This document shows positions 26,295 to 39,239 of a stretch of DNA of 64,000 nt, piece by piece; the stretch's first letter is position 1; every line of letters starts with the position of its first letter. The stretch is from Octopus vulgaris (taxonomy: Eukaryota). The notes below the pieces were generated by a model. That model was not told where the DNA came from. It ran no database searches and saw only the letters and a list, made by a program, of their open reading frames with translations. The DNA is taken from contig OX597820.1 of assembly GCA_951406725.2 (NCBI GenBank), positions 89,652,001 through 89,716,000 on the forward strand, written 5' to 3'. The translations under genes and the position numbers were made by a program.

Positions 26295-26950
26295 GGGTAT
26301 TGATGTTAGCCAGAAAAGTCATAGCCATTTGCATGCGATCAGAAAATCGAAAAAGCTCGAAAAATGGGCACCACACAATTTGAATGAAAACCAGAAAATA
26401 TGCAGATATGAAACTTGTTCATCGCTTCTTCTCCGTAACCAGACCGGAGTGGTTGGACCAAAATGAAGCACCGAAAACCTTCCCTAAATCCGAGCTCGTC
26501 AAAAATAAGGTTATGATGAATGTTTGGTAGTGTACTTCTGGTCTCATCTACCCAGAAAAACCATTACTGCAAAAAAATATTGCCATGAAATAGCCAAAAT
26601 AAACGAAAAACTGCTACTCCTCCGTCCCAGACCGGTCAACAAAAGAGAGCCAATCATTCTTCATGACAATGCTCGACCAAACGTTTCACCAAAGACGTCC
26701 AGAATTTGAGGGAACTTGACTACGAAGTTCTTCTCCTCCCAACTTATTCCCCTGACCTTTTTCCTACGAACTACCACTTTTCAAGCACCTTGATTGTTTC
26801 CCGCGAGAGAAGGAGTTCAAAAATCAAACCGATACTAAAAGTGCGTTGAAAGAGTTCATCAGCTGCAGACTTCCAGATTTTTATTTTACAGGAATAAACA
26901 AACTTGTAACTCATTGGCAAAAATGTGTTGATTATAATGGTGCTTACTCA
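26295..26950 (+). mobile_element. Hsmar1/cecropia-like mariner transposase fragment
   Basis: KSKKLEKWAPHNLNENQK..CSSLLLRN, WLDQNEAPKTFPK, PIILHDNARP, YSPDL.PTNYH, GINKLVTHWQKCVDYNGAY closely follow the Hsmar1/SETMAR transposase. The first catalytic D is deleted. No TIR seen. Confidence 0.92.
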
Positions 26951-27259
26951 GTCGTAACTACATGATAATGGTGGTACTTTATTAATCCGTTCCTGACGGG
27001 TCTATATATCAGAAAGTCAAAATACACGAATAGCCATTCTGATTAAACTAAAAACCTGTATGGAATTGACATCGCCACATACAAGAATTTCATTGACAAC
27101 TAAGTGACGAATACATATAGAAATTGGTAGAATACTTTAAACAACGTTAACATCTATTGATAATGAATATCTTCCGACAGAACAGCAATACACGAACAAA
27201 ACCATTCAACTATAAGCAATAAGCTTTCAATAAAAACTCATAGATCAAGTTTATCACTC

Positions 27260-28174
27260 TCCCTAAAATAGGCTTCGGCGTTTGGTACCAATTGCTAGCT
27301 TCAGTTTGTGAGCCAGCAAAGCACTGTATTTTGCAATGTCGGTCGTACAACACTTTCTAGGTAATCTTCCAATATAGGCCCTTTTGAGTCTCCAAAAAAG
27401 TGTTAGCATCACCTTTCCTGTGAAAGACTGAGTCTTAGATTTCTTCGTCGCTGGCGAGCCAGTATGATTCCACTCCATACTCTGTCTTTTCGATTCTGCC
27501 TCATAATGAGGGACCCAAATTTTATCTCTTGCGGCGATTCTGCTCAAACATTCCTCGCCCTAATTGTTATAGCTATGGAGTAAACGTTGGCAGACTTCAA
27601 GACGTTTGCGCTTGTACTCTGCAGTAATCTCTCTTGGCATCCATCTTGCACAGACTTTATGGAAGCCGAGTTCATCGTGAATGATTTGATACGTAAAACT
27701 AATCTGCAGAGAAGAGCTACCCCATCGACGATAACGCACTGGTTCATCATTATCATCTCTCGAGCTTGCTGAATCTTCTCGTCAGTGATAGAGTTGACGG
27801 ACATCCTACACCCTCTTCGTGCGTCACGCTTGTCTGGCCACTTTTAAAATTCTCGATCTACTCATACGCACTTCTACGCGTTTGTGCACTGTTCCCGTAT
27901 TGTGCTAAAAGCCTCCGATGAATTTCAGCACCTGACACACTTTCCGATCAGATAAAGCGGATCACTACTCTTTGTTCTTCTTTGGTGCACATTGCTAGTG
28001 GAGCGGCCACATGCTTACGCGGTAAAGCTTGAAAGAAAAATGGCGCGATCCGGCTCAAACTTCGATCACGTGACCACTTGAGTACCAACTGTAAGCACGC
28101 ATGCACATTAGGCAGTGTGACATTAATAAAGATATGTTTTAAGGAAAATGCGGATAAATTTTGACTTACACTCG
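27260..28174 (-). mobile_element. Mariner transposon, 5' two-thirds (irritans-like TIR)
   Basis: TIR cgagtgtaagtcaaaatttatccgcattt from 28174, next to TA. MCTKEEQRVVIRF..AEIHRRL and WVPHYEAESKRQSMEW..GKVMLTLFW. 3' truncated. Confidence 0.9.
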
Positions 28175-28193
28175 TATATATATATATATATAT

Positions 28194-28435
28194 GGGGTTG
28201 GCTAAAGGGTTCGTTCACTTTCCTCCTTTGCGCACGCGTACTCGTTAGGTAGCTGGCAAGCGTAGTTCGACGCACCCTTGCAACAAAACAGGTTGTATTT
28301 TGTGTAATTGAGATCAGCCTGAAAAGGGAGAACCAAAACGAATATTATAGAAGCGTCATACATTTTTTTAAACAGGCAAGATAACAGTGGAAACCTGCAG
28401 GAAGATATTACCGTGTTAGGAGTGGGTGCAATATG
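28194..28435 (+). mobile_element. 5' stub of another mariner, back-to-back with the previous one across (TA)n
   Basis: TIR-like ggggttggctaaagggttcgttcactttc. With frameshifts, ENQNEYYRSVIHFF..GKITVETCRKI..LGVGAI resembles the mariner N-terminal HTH. Confidence 0.6.
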
Positions 28436-29574
28436 CTCTCCTACATGTAGACGAAACCTCAAACAGCTGGATTGTTTCATTCTTCTTTTCTTGATTTTGC
28501 CTCCACTTTCCTCCACTCATTCCATTCTAGACCCTTTTCCGACGACGGAATCGTATAAAAAACACTTTGCATCAAACTAATGATTTTAGTTGTGAACGTA
28601 TTCCGACTGTTTTTAATTTTTTTGAAGTGTGCAGATACGCTACATCTGCATATCTCTATGTTGATTTGCTTGATCTTTTCGTTAATAATTTTTTATACGT
28701 TATCAGAAATGGGCTTTCATCTGTATAGGTATTAATAATTTAATTAAGTCATTTCATTTGTGATTATTAAATGTAATTGTCATATACCAAGATCGAAGCC
28801 ATCACCTCTTCTAAAAGTATTCTTTTGCCAATTATTTCGTTAAAACCAGAGATGAAATATTTACCCCTTACTCTTCTGTTCAATACTTACTAATAAGGTA
28901 AATAGCTAACATAATGCCATTACAGTTATTGATTCCACTTCTCCATCTACTTTACCAACTTCACTGTTTTTACGAATGTTCAATAACACACTGATTTGGC
29001 GTACACAGCTACTGTCATTTAGCCAAAGTTGATACTAAAATAAAAGGAAGAAGATATTTTTTCCAGTTAGTAGCACAAGAATCACATAACCGAGCTACTC
29101 TAAACATTTTCATAATCCATTGTCCTTACACTGGCATCTTGTGGAACGTTCTTCTGGTTCGATGGGATTTCTACAAGTATCAAAAGAAGTTCTGCTTGAA
29201 CATGACGCACGTTAACTCATCAGTATTAAAGACTCGCTCTTCGATGTTATATATTCCGATTAAATTGTATAAAAACAACCCTATTATGACTGTACGCTTT
29301 ATAGTTCTCTTCGTTTTAATACGTTAGCCTGTTTCAGCAACCACAATTAAGGCAAAGTTGGGGTACCATCATTTAATAAGGAATCTTCTTTGTAGTCACA
29401 CAAACTGCCGATAATCTCAGACAATAAAGAAAGGCCAAATTGAATAATGTAAGCCTCGATACAAAATATGATAGGAAGCCTCGATACAAAATATGATGGG
29501 ACATTTTATGATGATAGGTTTACTCGATCAAAGTTCACTGTAGACTAAAGAAAATTATCGGCTATTCTAATAAT

Positions 29575-29790
29575 TTCTTTTTAATTCGACACAAAGCTAG
29601 CAGTCTTGAGTGAAGTGGGGGATGCAAGTCAATTATATCGACCCCAGAACTTGACTAGTTCTTATTTCATTGACTCCGAAAGGATGAAAAAGAGAGTCGG
29701 CCTTAGCGAAATTTAAACTCAGAACGTAAAATCGGAATATATCCCACGAAATATGTTGTCTAGCGTGCTAACGATTCTGACAACTTTCTG
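29575..29790 (-). mobile_element. SINE family A copy, reverse
   Basis: atcgaccccag..gactccgaaaggatgaaa..aactcagaacgtaa..cgtgctaacgattctg. Confidence 0.75.
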
Positions 29791-29899
29791 CTTTATTTAT
29801 TCTGGTAATAATACCAACAACAAAAGGAAGAAAACAACAATACGAACAGTAAAACTATCGTGTTCTCTTAGAGAAGATTTATCAGTTCTTAAATGGTGT

Positions 29900-31700
29900 T
29901 TGAAGCGAATGTAATTCTACCATCTGCACCACACGGCACTATTATGTAGACACTCCTATACCTAACAAAGGTTTCCACAGAATTCATAAATGATGTCTTC
30001 TATGAAGGAATTGGCAGCAACATATTTTCCCTGAAGCAAGCTTTTCGATTTAAGATGAAGCCCTGTTCTACCTATTACTATATGATTTGACATTTTATCT
30101 GAATTAACAATTCCATCCATCCTATCTTGATAAATTTATTAGTTTCCATTTAAAGACTGACATCTTTCTCTCTTCCCATCAACAGGTTCCAATCATTTAA
30201 AGATTTAGTAATTCTTATTATACTTTTAGTATAGATTTTACTAATACTAAAATGTTTCACACTTTCATTTAGTTTTCTCAACTTCATATATATATTTCTC
30301 CCGCACAGGCTGGTATTGTGCTTCCTTCGTCCTATAGACTAGCGTAGCTTTAACTAATTTATAAAGTAGCATTTAATAATTCCTATAATCCATTATTCTC
30401 AAACATCAATTTTCTATAACTTGTTTCATTAATAATATCTTGCTTACATTTAATTTTCGACCTTCAAATATTTTATAGTTCTTAGATATTCATAAATCTT
30501 TCAAGATTTCCAATATCTGTACTGCTTGCTTTTCTTTTATTACTACAACCATTTTTTTCTTTTACTATCCTGCCAATTAGTTTCCTAAAAGACTTTATTA
30601 TATTTCCAATTTTTTTTCTATCTTTTCTAAGAAATAATCTGTGCTGATAGTTCTTTTTCCTTGTAAATTTATTATCCTCGCCTGCTGCATTTATCAATCT
30701 TTGTTGGCAGCATAAAAGAAGCAGTAAATTGTTTGGCATTTTAAGAATCTATTGGTATGTTATAGATGGACTTTACTTATTCAAGATGGTGGGTGATGTA
30801 TTTTGAGGCATTATTATAGAACCAAAATAAGTTGAATAGTTTCCTTTAGTTGTCCGCATATACTACATTTTGGGTGAACATATTTGATAATTTTATGCAT
30901 ATGGAGTTTGATGTAGCTGTGTTTAATTGAACCTCTTGATGTGTTACACAGATCAAAGCTTCCTCTTCGAGTTGTTTTTGCCTAGGCGTCTCCAGAATTC
31001 TTTTCCCATTGATTTCGTACATTCTTTTGTTCATTAAATTATTCGCAATGTTTGGAGTTAAATTCTTTGTTATTCGTAACATTTCCGTTTTTCACTTAAC
31101 ATCAATGATTGTACTTCTTTTATTCAATAAATATTTCTGATCAGTTATTTACATACAAGAACAAATTAATCTCTTCTGTTGTAAGGACTTCTTCTCAACC
31201 TATGAGAATTTTCATCCTCAATCACTGTTGCAAGTATAAATAACTTACTACTCTCATTAGCATTTTATTCATATTTTTAGTTTTTCAGTACTGTATATAA
31301 TGTCACTATTCCAGCTCCATATCACCGAAAACTAATGTACTAAATACCAGTATTTTTTATTCTTTTTCTATAATTAGATTCTAAAACAAATTTAATTTTT
31401 CTAAAATATTATCTCCAAAACATGTCTTTCAAATTTCATGCATATCCTTGAAAATGTCTGAAAGTTTATAATTAAAACCCCATCACCTTTCAATACCTTT
31501 TTTTCTATAAAAGATATAGTTTTTTTTTCTATTAACCATTCAGCTGCAAACTCGTTTTGTTAAGAACGAACAAAAACCTCTTGAAAACAGATTACACCAA
31601 GACGTCAATCGCAAAGAAATTTAACTGGAAATATCTTATTTAGATTAACAATAAAGTTTTTTTTAAATGTCTTATTATAACACTAACCAATGATGGGATT
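29900..31700 (-). mobile_element. Very old APE/RT LINE ORF2 remnant (L1-like?)
   Basis: Minus strand LGVICFQE at ~31578-31601 (APE motif II-like), A-rich coding-like composition, and QGF at ~30057-30065. Otherwise heavily decayed. Confidence 0.35.
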
Positions 31701-32657
31701 ATATTTGCAAAATGTTAATCGTGCCGAAAATATATGTGACAAGCTTTCAACGTAGATTATACCTACTGTGGTAGTCAGGTTCAAAAGATTCATATTTGAT
31801 TTATATTTTTGATATTGTTGTTGCTTAAACTGAAGATCAGCTATTATTAAGCTATATGACTAGATAAGTCATATAAAGTATGTTAAATCATTCTATCTGT
31901 AATAATTCCGTTTTTCGTACTGCAACGATACATCAAAAATTAGATTATGTAGGATATTTTTCATTCCTGGAGTTGGTATGATGCGATTTAGGTAATTTGG
32001 CTGCTATTTCTTGCACATCGAGGTACTAGTTAGAGACTTCATATTTGAAGCATGTGATATTTTCTAAATAACATCAAAAAGTTCCAAACCTAAACAATTG
32101 TGGATTGAATAAAAACATTTCGAGAGGAAAAAGATAGCATTGCTAAGTTTGTATGACGACTTTTAGAGTCTCTCACAGCGATATTTGTAGCTTTATCTTA
32201 TCATCAATTTTACTACTCCAACATTGTTATTCATTCGGTAAACCAGACCAATGAAATGTATTAAGATCTTAAAAGAAAAATGAAAAATCCTGCAGGAATT
32301 TCGACAAGATTGATTTGTATTCATTACGTTTTGTTTGGTTATCTCATTTCATATATCTTTGTATTAAAACTCGTTCATTCAAATATATTCTACATGTTAT
32401 TTGAATGCGTAGAAGATAGGAAAAATATGCAATGGTACAACAATGCTTCCAATCTACCTCTTTAGACTAATACTGATTAGCTCTGAGTGATGTAAGGCAC
32501 GTGATCTTCTGTGGGATTTAAACTCAAACGTAAAGATCCTCAATAAATACCTCAGAACATTTTTTGAGGTGTGTATATGTGTGTGTGTGTGTGATCTGAT
32601 GCTTTAACAGTTCATGCAATACACCATCTTGCCGTTGTCATTATAGACTTTTGTTAA

Positions 32658-33050
32658 GGCGGCGAGCTGGCAGAAACGTTAGCACGCCGGGCGAAATGCT
32701 TAGCGGTATTTCGTCTGCGTTACGTTGTGAGTTCAAATTCCGCCGAGGTCGACTTTGCCTTTCATCCTTTCGGGGTCGATAAATAAAGTACCAGTCACGC
32801 ACTGGGGTCGATGTAATCGACTTAATACCTATGTCTGTCCTTGTTTGTCCCCTCTATGTTTAGCACCTTGTGGGTAATAAAGAAATAGGTATTTAATCGG
32901 CCTTTACATTCTCGGTAGAAATTGCGCCAAAGCTGGCTTTACTTGTCATCATTTAGGGGTCAATAAAATATGTACCAACAAAGCACTGAGTTGATATCTT
33001 CGAATACTTCCACTACCACCCTCGCCCAGATTTCAGGCCTTGTAGCTATA
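32658..33050 (+). mobile_element. SINE family A, young copy plus older partial unit
   Basis: Near-consensus ggcggcgagctggcagaaacgttagcacgccgggcgaaatgcttagcgg...aataaagaaatagg (to ~32890), then a degenerate second core. Confidence 0.92.
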
Positions 33051-33053
33051 GTA

Positions 33054-34240
33054 TCAGGCTGAGTAAAAAGTAAGCGACGGTTTGAAACGCAATATATTTC
33101 AATAATGCGGTAATTTTATTCATCAAAGTAAGTACCATTACAATCAACACATATCTGCCAATGAGTTACAAGTTTATTTTGGCAATTTCATGGCAATATG
33201 TTTCTGCAGTAACGGTTTTTGTGGATTTTAAGAAGTTATAGTGGATGAGACCAGTAGTACTCTATCAAAGAGTCACCATAGCCTTCTTTTTCAAGAGCTC
33301 GGGTTTAGGGAAGGTTTTCGGTGCTTCATTTTGTTCCAACCACTGCGAAGACCGTGCCCCTGCCAATTCTTGTGGGCAGTAAAGTCGCTTGGAGGAACAC
33401 CACGTTCTCCTACAGCGACCACCAGCCAGGACGCACCTATTTCTGGGGGTATGTCTTCTACCTTTAGCCCGGAAGCACGCCTTCCAAGATATATGGGTAG
33501 AAGCACTACCACCTCCGCTTTTGAAGGGGTTGCCGAGTGTAGCCTGGTGGTCACTGCATCTCGGAACCGCACCTCCATAACTGCAAACTTTCGGCCCTCA
33601 TTGAGACAAGCAATCTCTCTCCACAGTGGCTCCAACGCCTCTTCAATTTGGCAACTGTTACTATCTCAAACATCCCGCTCACCAACTGCAAATGTTCTGT
33701 AAATAACTATTTCCCCTTCACCTTGCATTGCTTCTTGGCAACGGGACACCTTCACATTGCATTCGTGCTCCCTCACTATCTCATATCCTCCAATTTCTTG
33801 TAAATCAACTTGTCTTTGGTGGCTTCCGGCCACTGTTGCGAAGTCCATCCCTCTGTCTGCACTGTCCAGGACCTTCATAAGTTCTTCCTCTGAAGAAGAG
33901 AACTCTGAGGAGCCCAAGATCTCGCAATTCATCATCATCTTTTTTCAAACAGCACTGTATCTTCTCAAAATAGGCGAAGAGCGCCAACAAAACTGTCGTA
34001 AGGCAGCAAAAAACAACAATCAACAACAAACACAGCTCAACAATATTTACTAACCCCTGGAACAACGCACAAACATACAGAAACAAGTCGAGATGATTGG
34101 AGAAACGGGGACAAACATATCAATGTTAATTTATTGATGCATATGTCTGTATTAATGTTTAACAAACATTCGGAACTCTGCAAAAATCCGGTACAAATTC
34201 TACATGGTTTAAAACGTTGCTTACTTTTTAATCAACCTGA
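33054..34240 (-). mobile_element. TIR-bounded Hsmar1-like mariner carrying a retrotransposon gag/ORF1 cassette (ORF1 family copy 3)
   Basis: TIRs tcaggctgagtaaaaagtaagcgacggttt (from 33054) and aaaacgttgcttactttttaatcaacctga (to 34240), with TA on both sides. 33054-33350 is the mariner 3' end (QWLEQNEAPKTFPKPEL...HWQICVDCNGTYFDE*). 33350-34080 is ORF1-like (GRKFAVMEV, LPIYLGRRA..VEDIPPEIGASWL, KNWQG). Confidence 0.88.
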
Positions 34241-34683
34241 TAGAAAGGATAACATTTTCTTCAATATTCTATTTTCCATATTTCAGCTTTCCTTCGTTTC
34301 ATTTTCAGTAACGTTATATATTTCTGTTTCATCTGTGCATCTGCATTGTTTTGAGAAACTGATAGAATATCGGGCAGCTGTACTACCATTAATGGTTGTA
34401 CACAGCTCAGTCCTTAGATTTCTGACTTCTAATCCAAGTATGTTTCAAGTTGCCACTTCGCTGTGGAATCAATGAACATTAATTAATTCACATTTATTTC
34501 ATATGCTGGCCATGCGTCATATCGTCACGCACAGAGAGACATGTTTCTTTCGTATGCTTATAGGTTGGAAAACTGGAAATAAGTAGGGTTTCTCTATCTC
34601 CTTGTAATTCGTGGAATAACTATATGACTACCGTTGTGTGTATGTTCGTACATAATACATACATGCGTACGTACATATAAATT

Positions 34684-34904
34684 TGTGTGTGTATATATAT
34701 ATATATGTGTGTGTATGTCTGTATATATATATATATATATATAAAAATATATATATACATATATATGTATATACATATATATTACATATATATATATACA
34801 TATATATATATATACATATATATATATACATATATAGATATATATACACATATATATATATATACATACATATATATATATAAATATATATAAATACATA
34901 CATG

Positions 34905-34978
<74 letters not shown>

Positions 34979-34988
34979 CGTATATATA
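34684..34988. repeat. (TA)n/(CA)n compound microsatellite
   Basis: Directly visible. Confidence 0.95.
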
Positions 34989-35851
34989 GTTTCTTCCCTT
35001 CAACAATCGCAATTATTATTCTTATATATGACATTTCCGACTTTCAGCTCAAGTAGTTTTCTTAAAATATCTACGTTCAGTAGATTAGCGGTGCGGTCGA
35101 GGGAGAGGGTTTTAGCAATGTTGTTAGGATATTAAGCTGAACAATGTTTACTTGAGCATTTATTTTATTGCCTTTGATTCGTTCAAAATTTATTATCAAA
35201 GACCACATTCCCGCTATCATCTTTTTATTCTTCTTGTTAACATTTATTGTGAATTTTCTCATTATTTGTTTTACTGCTTTTGCTTCAAAAACCAACTGAT
35301 AATTTAATTTTCAGTTTGATCCTTCTTAATCTTTAGTCCTTTTATTAATCACATTATACACCCGAATGTCTGTAACTATTTCGATACCTTGGTGATGACT
35401 TTTATCGTGATTCATACGTTTTATCTATTCTTTTTTTTTGTATCAATATAGCGGCAATTATTCATTCATTATTTCTAATTGTTTCATTAAAGAATTTCAA
35501 TACTCCCTCTTTCTTACCGATACTAATATACTCCTCAAATCGAAGCTACTTAACTCTGTGTAACGCAACCAGTAACCATAGGTTAACGTGAGTAGGTGCA
35601 ACTCACATTTGAAAGCAGAAGGAGCTCTTGTCAAAGAGTATTGAATCGGCTTATAGTAATTAATTTTAATTTATCTAATAGGCCTGGAATAGGAAAAAGG
35701 AAACTCTTCAGTGTATTCTTACCGAGACTACGTATCCACAACAGCTTTTCCAGATTATACATCAGTATAAAGTAAAATATAACATTCTCCTCCTCCTCAT
35801 TATCATCATTATCACCGTCATCATAAGCATTATCATCCTCATCCTCATCAT

Positions 35852-35882
<31 letters not shown>

Positions 35883-35904
35883 AGCAGTAGCCGCAGTAGC
35901 AACC

Positions 35905-36483
35905 TATGCATCGTATTCGTACAGAGTTTCAGGATATCAATCGTCTGGAAGTTGTTCAGCGACGTGCAACCAAAAGAATACCCTCCATCAGGCATTTGCC
36001 ATATCCTGAACGCCTTACTTCCCTGGGCATGGACACATTGAAACTCCGACGCCTAGCAGCTGACTTGGCAGACACCCATAAAATTATCAACCATCGTACA
36101 AACAATAACTCTGAGCACCTTTTCAAACTCCACCCATCTAACACCCGTGGACATATTTACAAAGTAAGAAAACAGCACAGCTCCCATGACTTCAGGAAAC
36201 ATTTTTTCCCGCTGAGAGTTGCTGAAGCATGGAACAAACTGCCGGCATCAGTTGTTTGTTGTCGGAGCACTGCATCCTTCAAAACTTCCATGCTTCCTGA
36301 GATTCGCCAACACTACACTTGATTTTCTCCCCTCCATACACACACAAGCATGTATCTGACTCATACATTGTTCGCTTTCCAGACATTTCTACATTACTGC
36401 ATGTACTTTATATGCACTTTCTGACAAGTTGTGGTGCACCTGAGCACTGTATACAATAATTTCATTATTATTATTATTATTAT
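35905..36483 (+). mobile_element. 5'-truncated CR1-type LINE (ORF2 C-terminus, 3' UTR, (ATT)n tail), young
   Basis: Uninterrupted LEVVQRRATKRI..YPERL..L..RR..DL..TRGH..FFPLRV..WNKLP..FK to stop at 36322. Tail attattatt at 36464-36483. Confidence 0.92.
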
Positions 36484-37829
36484 CTATATCAGACCTCTAA
36501 GGGTAGCATTAAATTACCTTGATTATTTCGGTAGCCTTCCAGGCAGATAGGATATGGAGTTACGTACCTCTGAATGAAGAGTTCGAATCAGTTGCAGTAT
36601 ATCTTCTTTTACACTGGTTCTGTATAGTATGTTGCTAATATATTTTGTACACGCCACGATACCGAAACTAAAGAACGGTTTTGTTTTTCTTGTATATTAC
36701 GCCTTCTGTAAATCTAACCGTGCACATAAGACAATACACCCATCATGCTTCGCATTGAAGAATTGATCGAGGGCCCTTCTCATCGTGAAATACATTGGTC
36801 GTGATATTGTTCTTAATCGTCTCTCCTACTCTAAACTATTTTTCTCTATCGCTATTTCTTTACCAAAACTTACCGACACTACTCTAATTGCTCTTGTAAG
36901 AGTTATCAGCCATTTGTTGTCGACGAGTTGACGAAGATCTCTGTTCACGCCCCCGTGGAATTAATTCGTTAATCCAGCATCTGTAAGCTTTCCGCACGAG
37001 GAAAGAGCGTACAGCTTCCAGTAAATGATTTTGTCTCTGAAGTCTATCTAGATCGACTACACAGAGCACAAATTTACGATCTGTGTAGCCGACCCCGTTA
37101 AATGGTGGGTAATCAGCGCTCCCAGTATTTACTTCATAAAACACACATTAGATACGATTCAAATAATCCGATACAGTGTGATCATGTTTATATCAGCGCA
37201 TCGATAAATCTAGGTGGTAGTTATCAAACAGTTGGAAACAATCTCAGCAGAATATTGTTGTTGTTGCTGCTGTTTTTGAGTCATTGGTGCTATGTATTCC
37301 GATGGAGATGTCTGCCAGTATGTTGTTTTTACTTCGTGTAACATGCCGTTGTTGTTTTTGCTGTTCCAGCTATTACGGCAACATAAGTTCACAGTAGGGC
37401 TAGGTAAAGGAGAAGGTGGACAATCCTTTTTTATGCACTGTTCCAACAGCCACCTGTAAGCCCTATTTGTGACCCGAAGTTTCCTTTTGTTTAGAAAATT
37501 ACTGATTAAGTAATTTACAAATTGCGCCCCAAATGACCTAAACAAAACGAAAGTGAACAGTTCTTCCGGGTCTTGGTCAGATTAGCAACACAACAATACA
37601 AAAAAAAAACTTTATTGTAGGCTTTTAAAAATAGAATTAATGAATTAATGTAACAACAATAACACGAACGAACCCCAACAGCTAGAATGAAAATAACAAT
37701 ACTATCAATGTATAACTAAATGTTTGTCCTTGAGTAGAAGCTCTTATTTCCTATTTGCTTACACCTAGGAAGTAATATTTGCTTACCAATAGAAAGCTAA
37801 TATCTCCTTCAAGCTTTGCTTTTGTTATA

Positions 37830-38010
37830 TTTATTCAAGCCCCCAAAGCATAATTCTCAACAAATAGCTGCTTCACCCATTATTCCTACTCATGATCGAC
37901 GATGCACATATTGTCATCCATTAAGGGAAATGTTCAAGTAGTTAAGACCAAACAACTAACAAGCAAATCTGTGGTATTGAGCGGAATATTTGCTATAACA
38001 GTATATCTGC
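37830..38010 (-). repeat. Dispersed copy of the non-coding repeat found at 49992-50560
   Basis: Reverse complement gcaaatattccgctcaataccacagatttgcttg..atatgtgcatc..tgttgagaa matches 50086-50240. Confidence 0.75.
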
Positions 38011-38394
38011 TTCAACGACTCAGCGCTGAATGTGTCTCAGATGTAATGGACAATAAGTCAGTTTCAAAATATTATTGTCCAGGTCACAAAAACAAAGTTT
38101 GAAGGGAATAGTAGTCACTTCCTTTCATTTCTAGATAAAAGCAAACAAGAAATAACACTTGCTGACCAAAGGCAAAAAAAAAAAATCAGTGCTAGACAGG
38201 CTTGGAATATTGAGGAAGAATTATTTAACAGCAAAGAATAAGGGGATTATATAAGGAGCATGGCCATAGAAGACTTCAAATCAATTCTTTTTCATATTGG
38301 TAAAGTGCTCAGATTTTTGTCAGGTAGATTATTTGAGCTCACAAGTATATTTTATAGCATTTTTGTTGCTGCTTATATATTACTATTTTCAATT

Positions 38395-38395
38395 A

Positions 38396-38452
<57 letters not shown>

Positions 38453-38506
38453 ATCATCCTCATCATCATCATCACCATCGTCGTCGTCATCATAATCATC
38501 ATCATC
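38395..38506. repeat. (ATT)n-(CAT)n microsatellite
   Basis: Directly visible. Confidence 0.95.
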
Positions 38507-39184
38507 AGATTATATCTTGATTGTTGTAATAGTTAAGAATCGATATTTTTTATGATCTCACTTTGTTTAATTTCCATCCTCCAGTCATACAATTGTTTAT
38601 ATTATCGAGGGACCTTTACAAAGAGTATTTATAATTTAATGATATCATTATTGGAAGTACAACAATTATCAGTATGATAATCATATTAATTACATCATTT
38701 CTTTCTTGTATCCTTTCCGTATATGAGCTAGATGGCTATATGTCTAAGGTATATGTTTATGTATTTGCGAGGCATGAGTTCAAAATTGTTATAGAAGATT
38801 TCGTTGTTAAAATTGCGGTTTCACTTCATCCAACTCTCGGAAATGTAACAGTATAAATGCAATATTTATTATTACCTATATTTCTGCAGGGAAAATAAAG
38901 AAACTTTGAATGGAAAGCGAATAGTGTAAAAAAAGAGTAAGAATGGAAAAACACGAAACAGTATGCAATAAGATTAATATAAAGTAAAGTTGGTACATTA
39001 TCAGCATGTTAAGAAGAGCAAGAATTCTTAGAGAAAAGTTGAAAGAAAGATAGAAGACGCGCTGTTCTGGGAAACTGACTTAGGGTTTGTTTATAAACAG
39101 ATGACATCTTAATCAGTGTTGTAGAGTGGCTTTTATTAGCCCTGTACTGTAGTCAAATTGGCCACCTTTTTCTTTCGATTGCAG

Positions 39185-39239
<55 letters not shown>

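Noticed and set aside
26295-26950. Possible SETMAR-like domesticated gene
   Set aside because: No SET domain, the first catalytic Asp is deleted, and there are stops and frameshifts. The similarity is to the mariner moiety only.
36560-37200. Possible Tc1/mariner-superfamily remnant on the minus strand (NVFHDEK)
   Set aside because: Only one weak motif and no TIR, which is too little to call.
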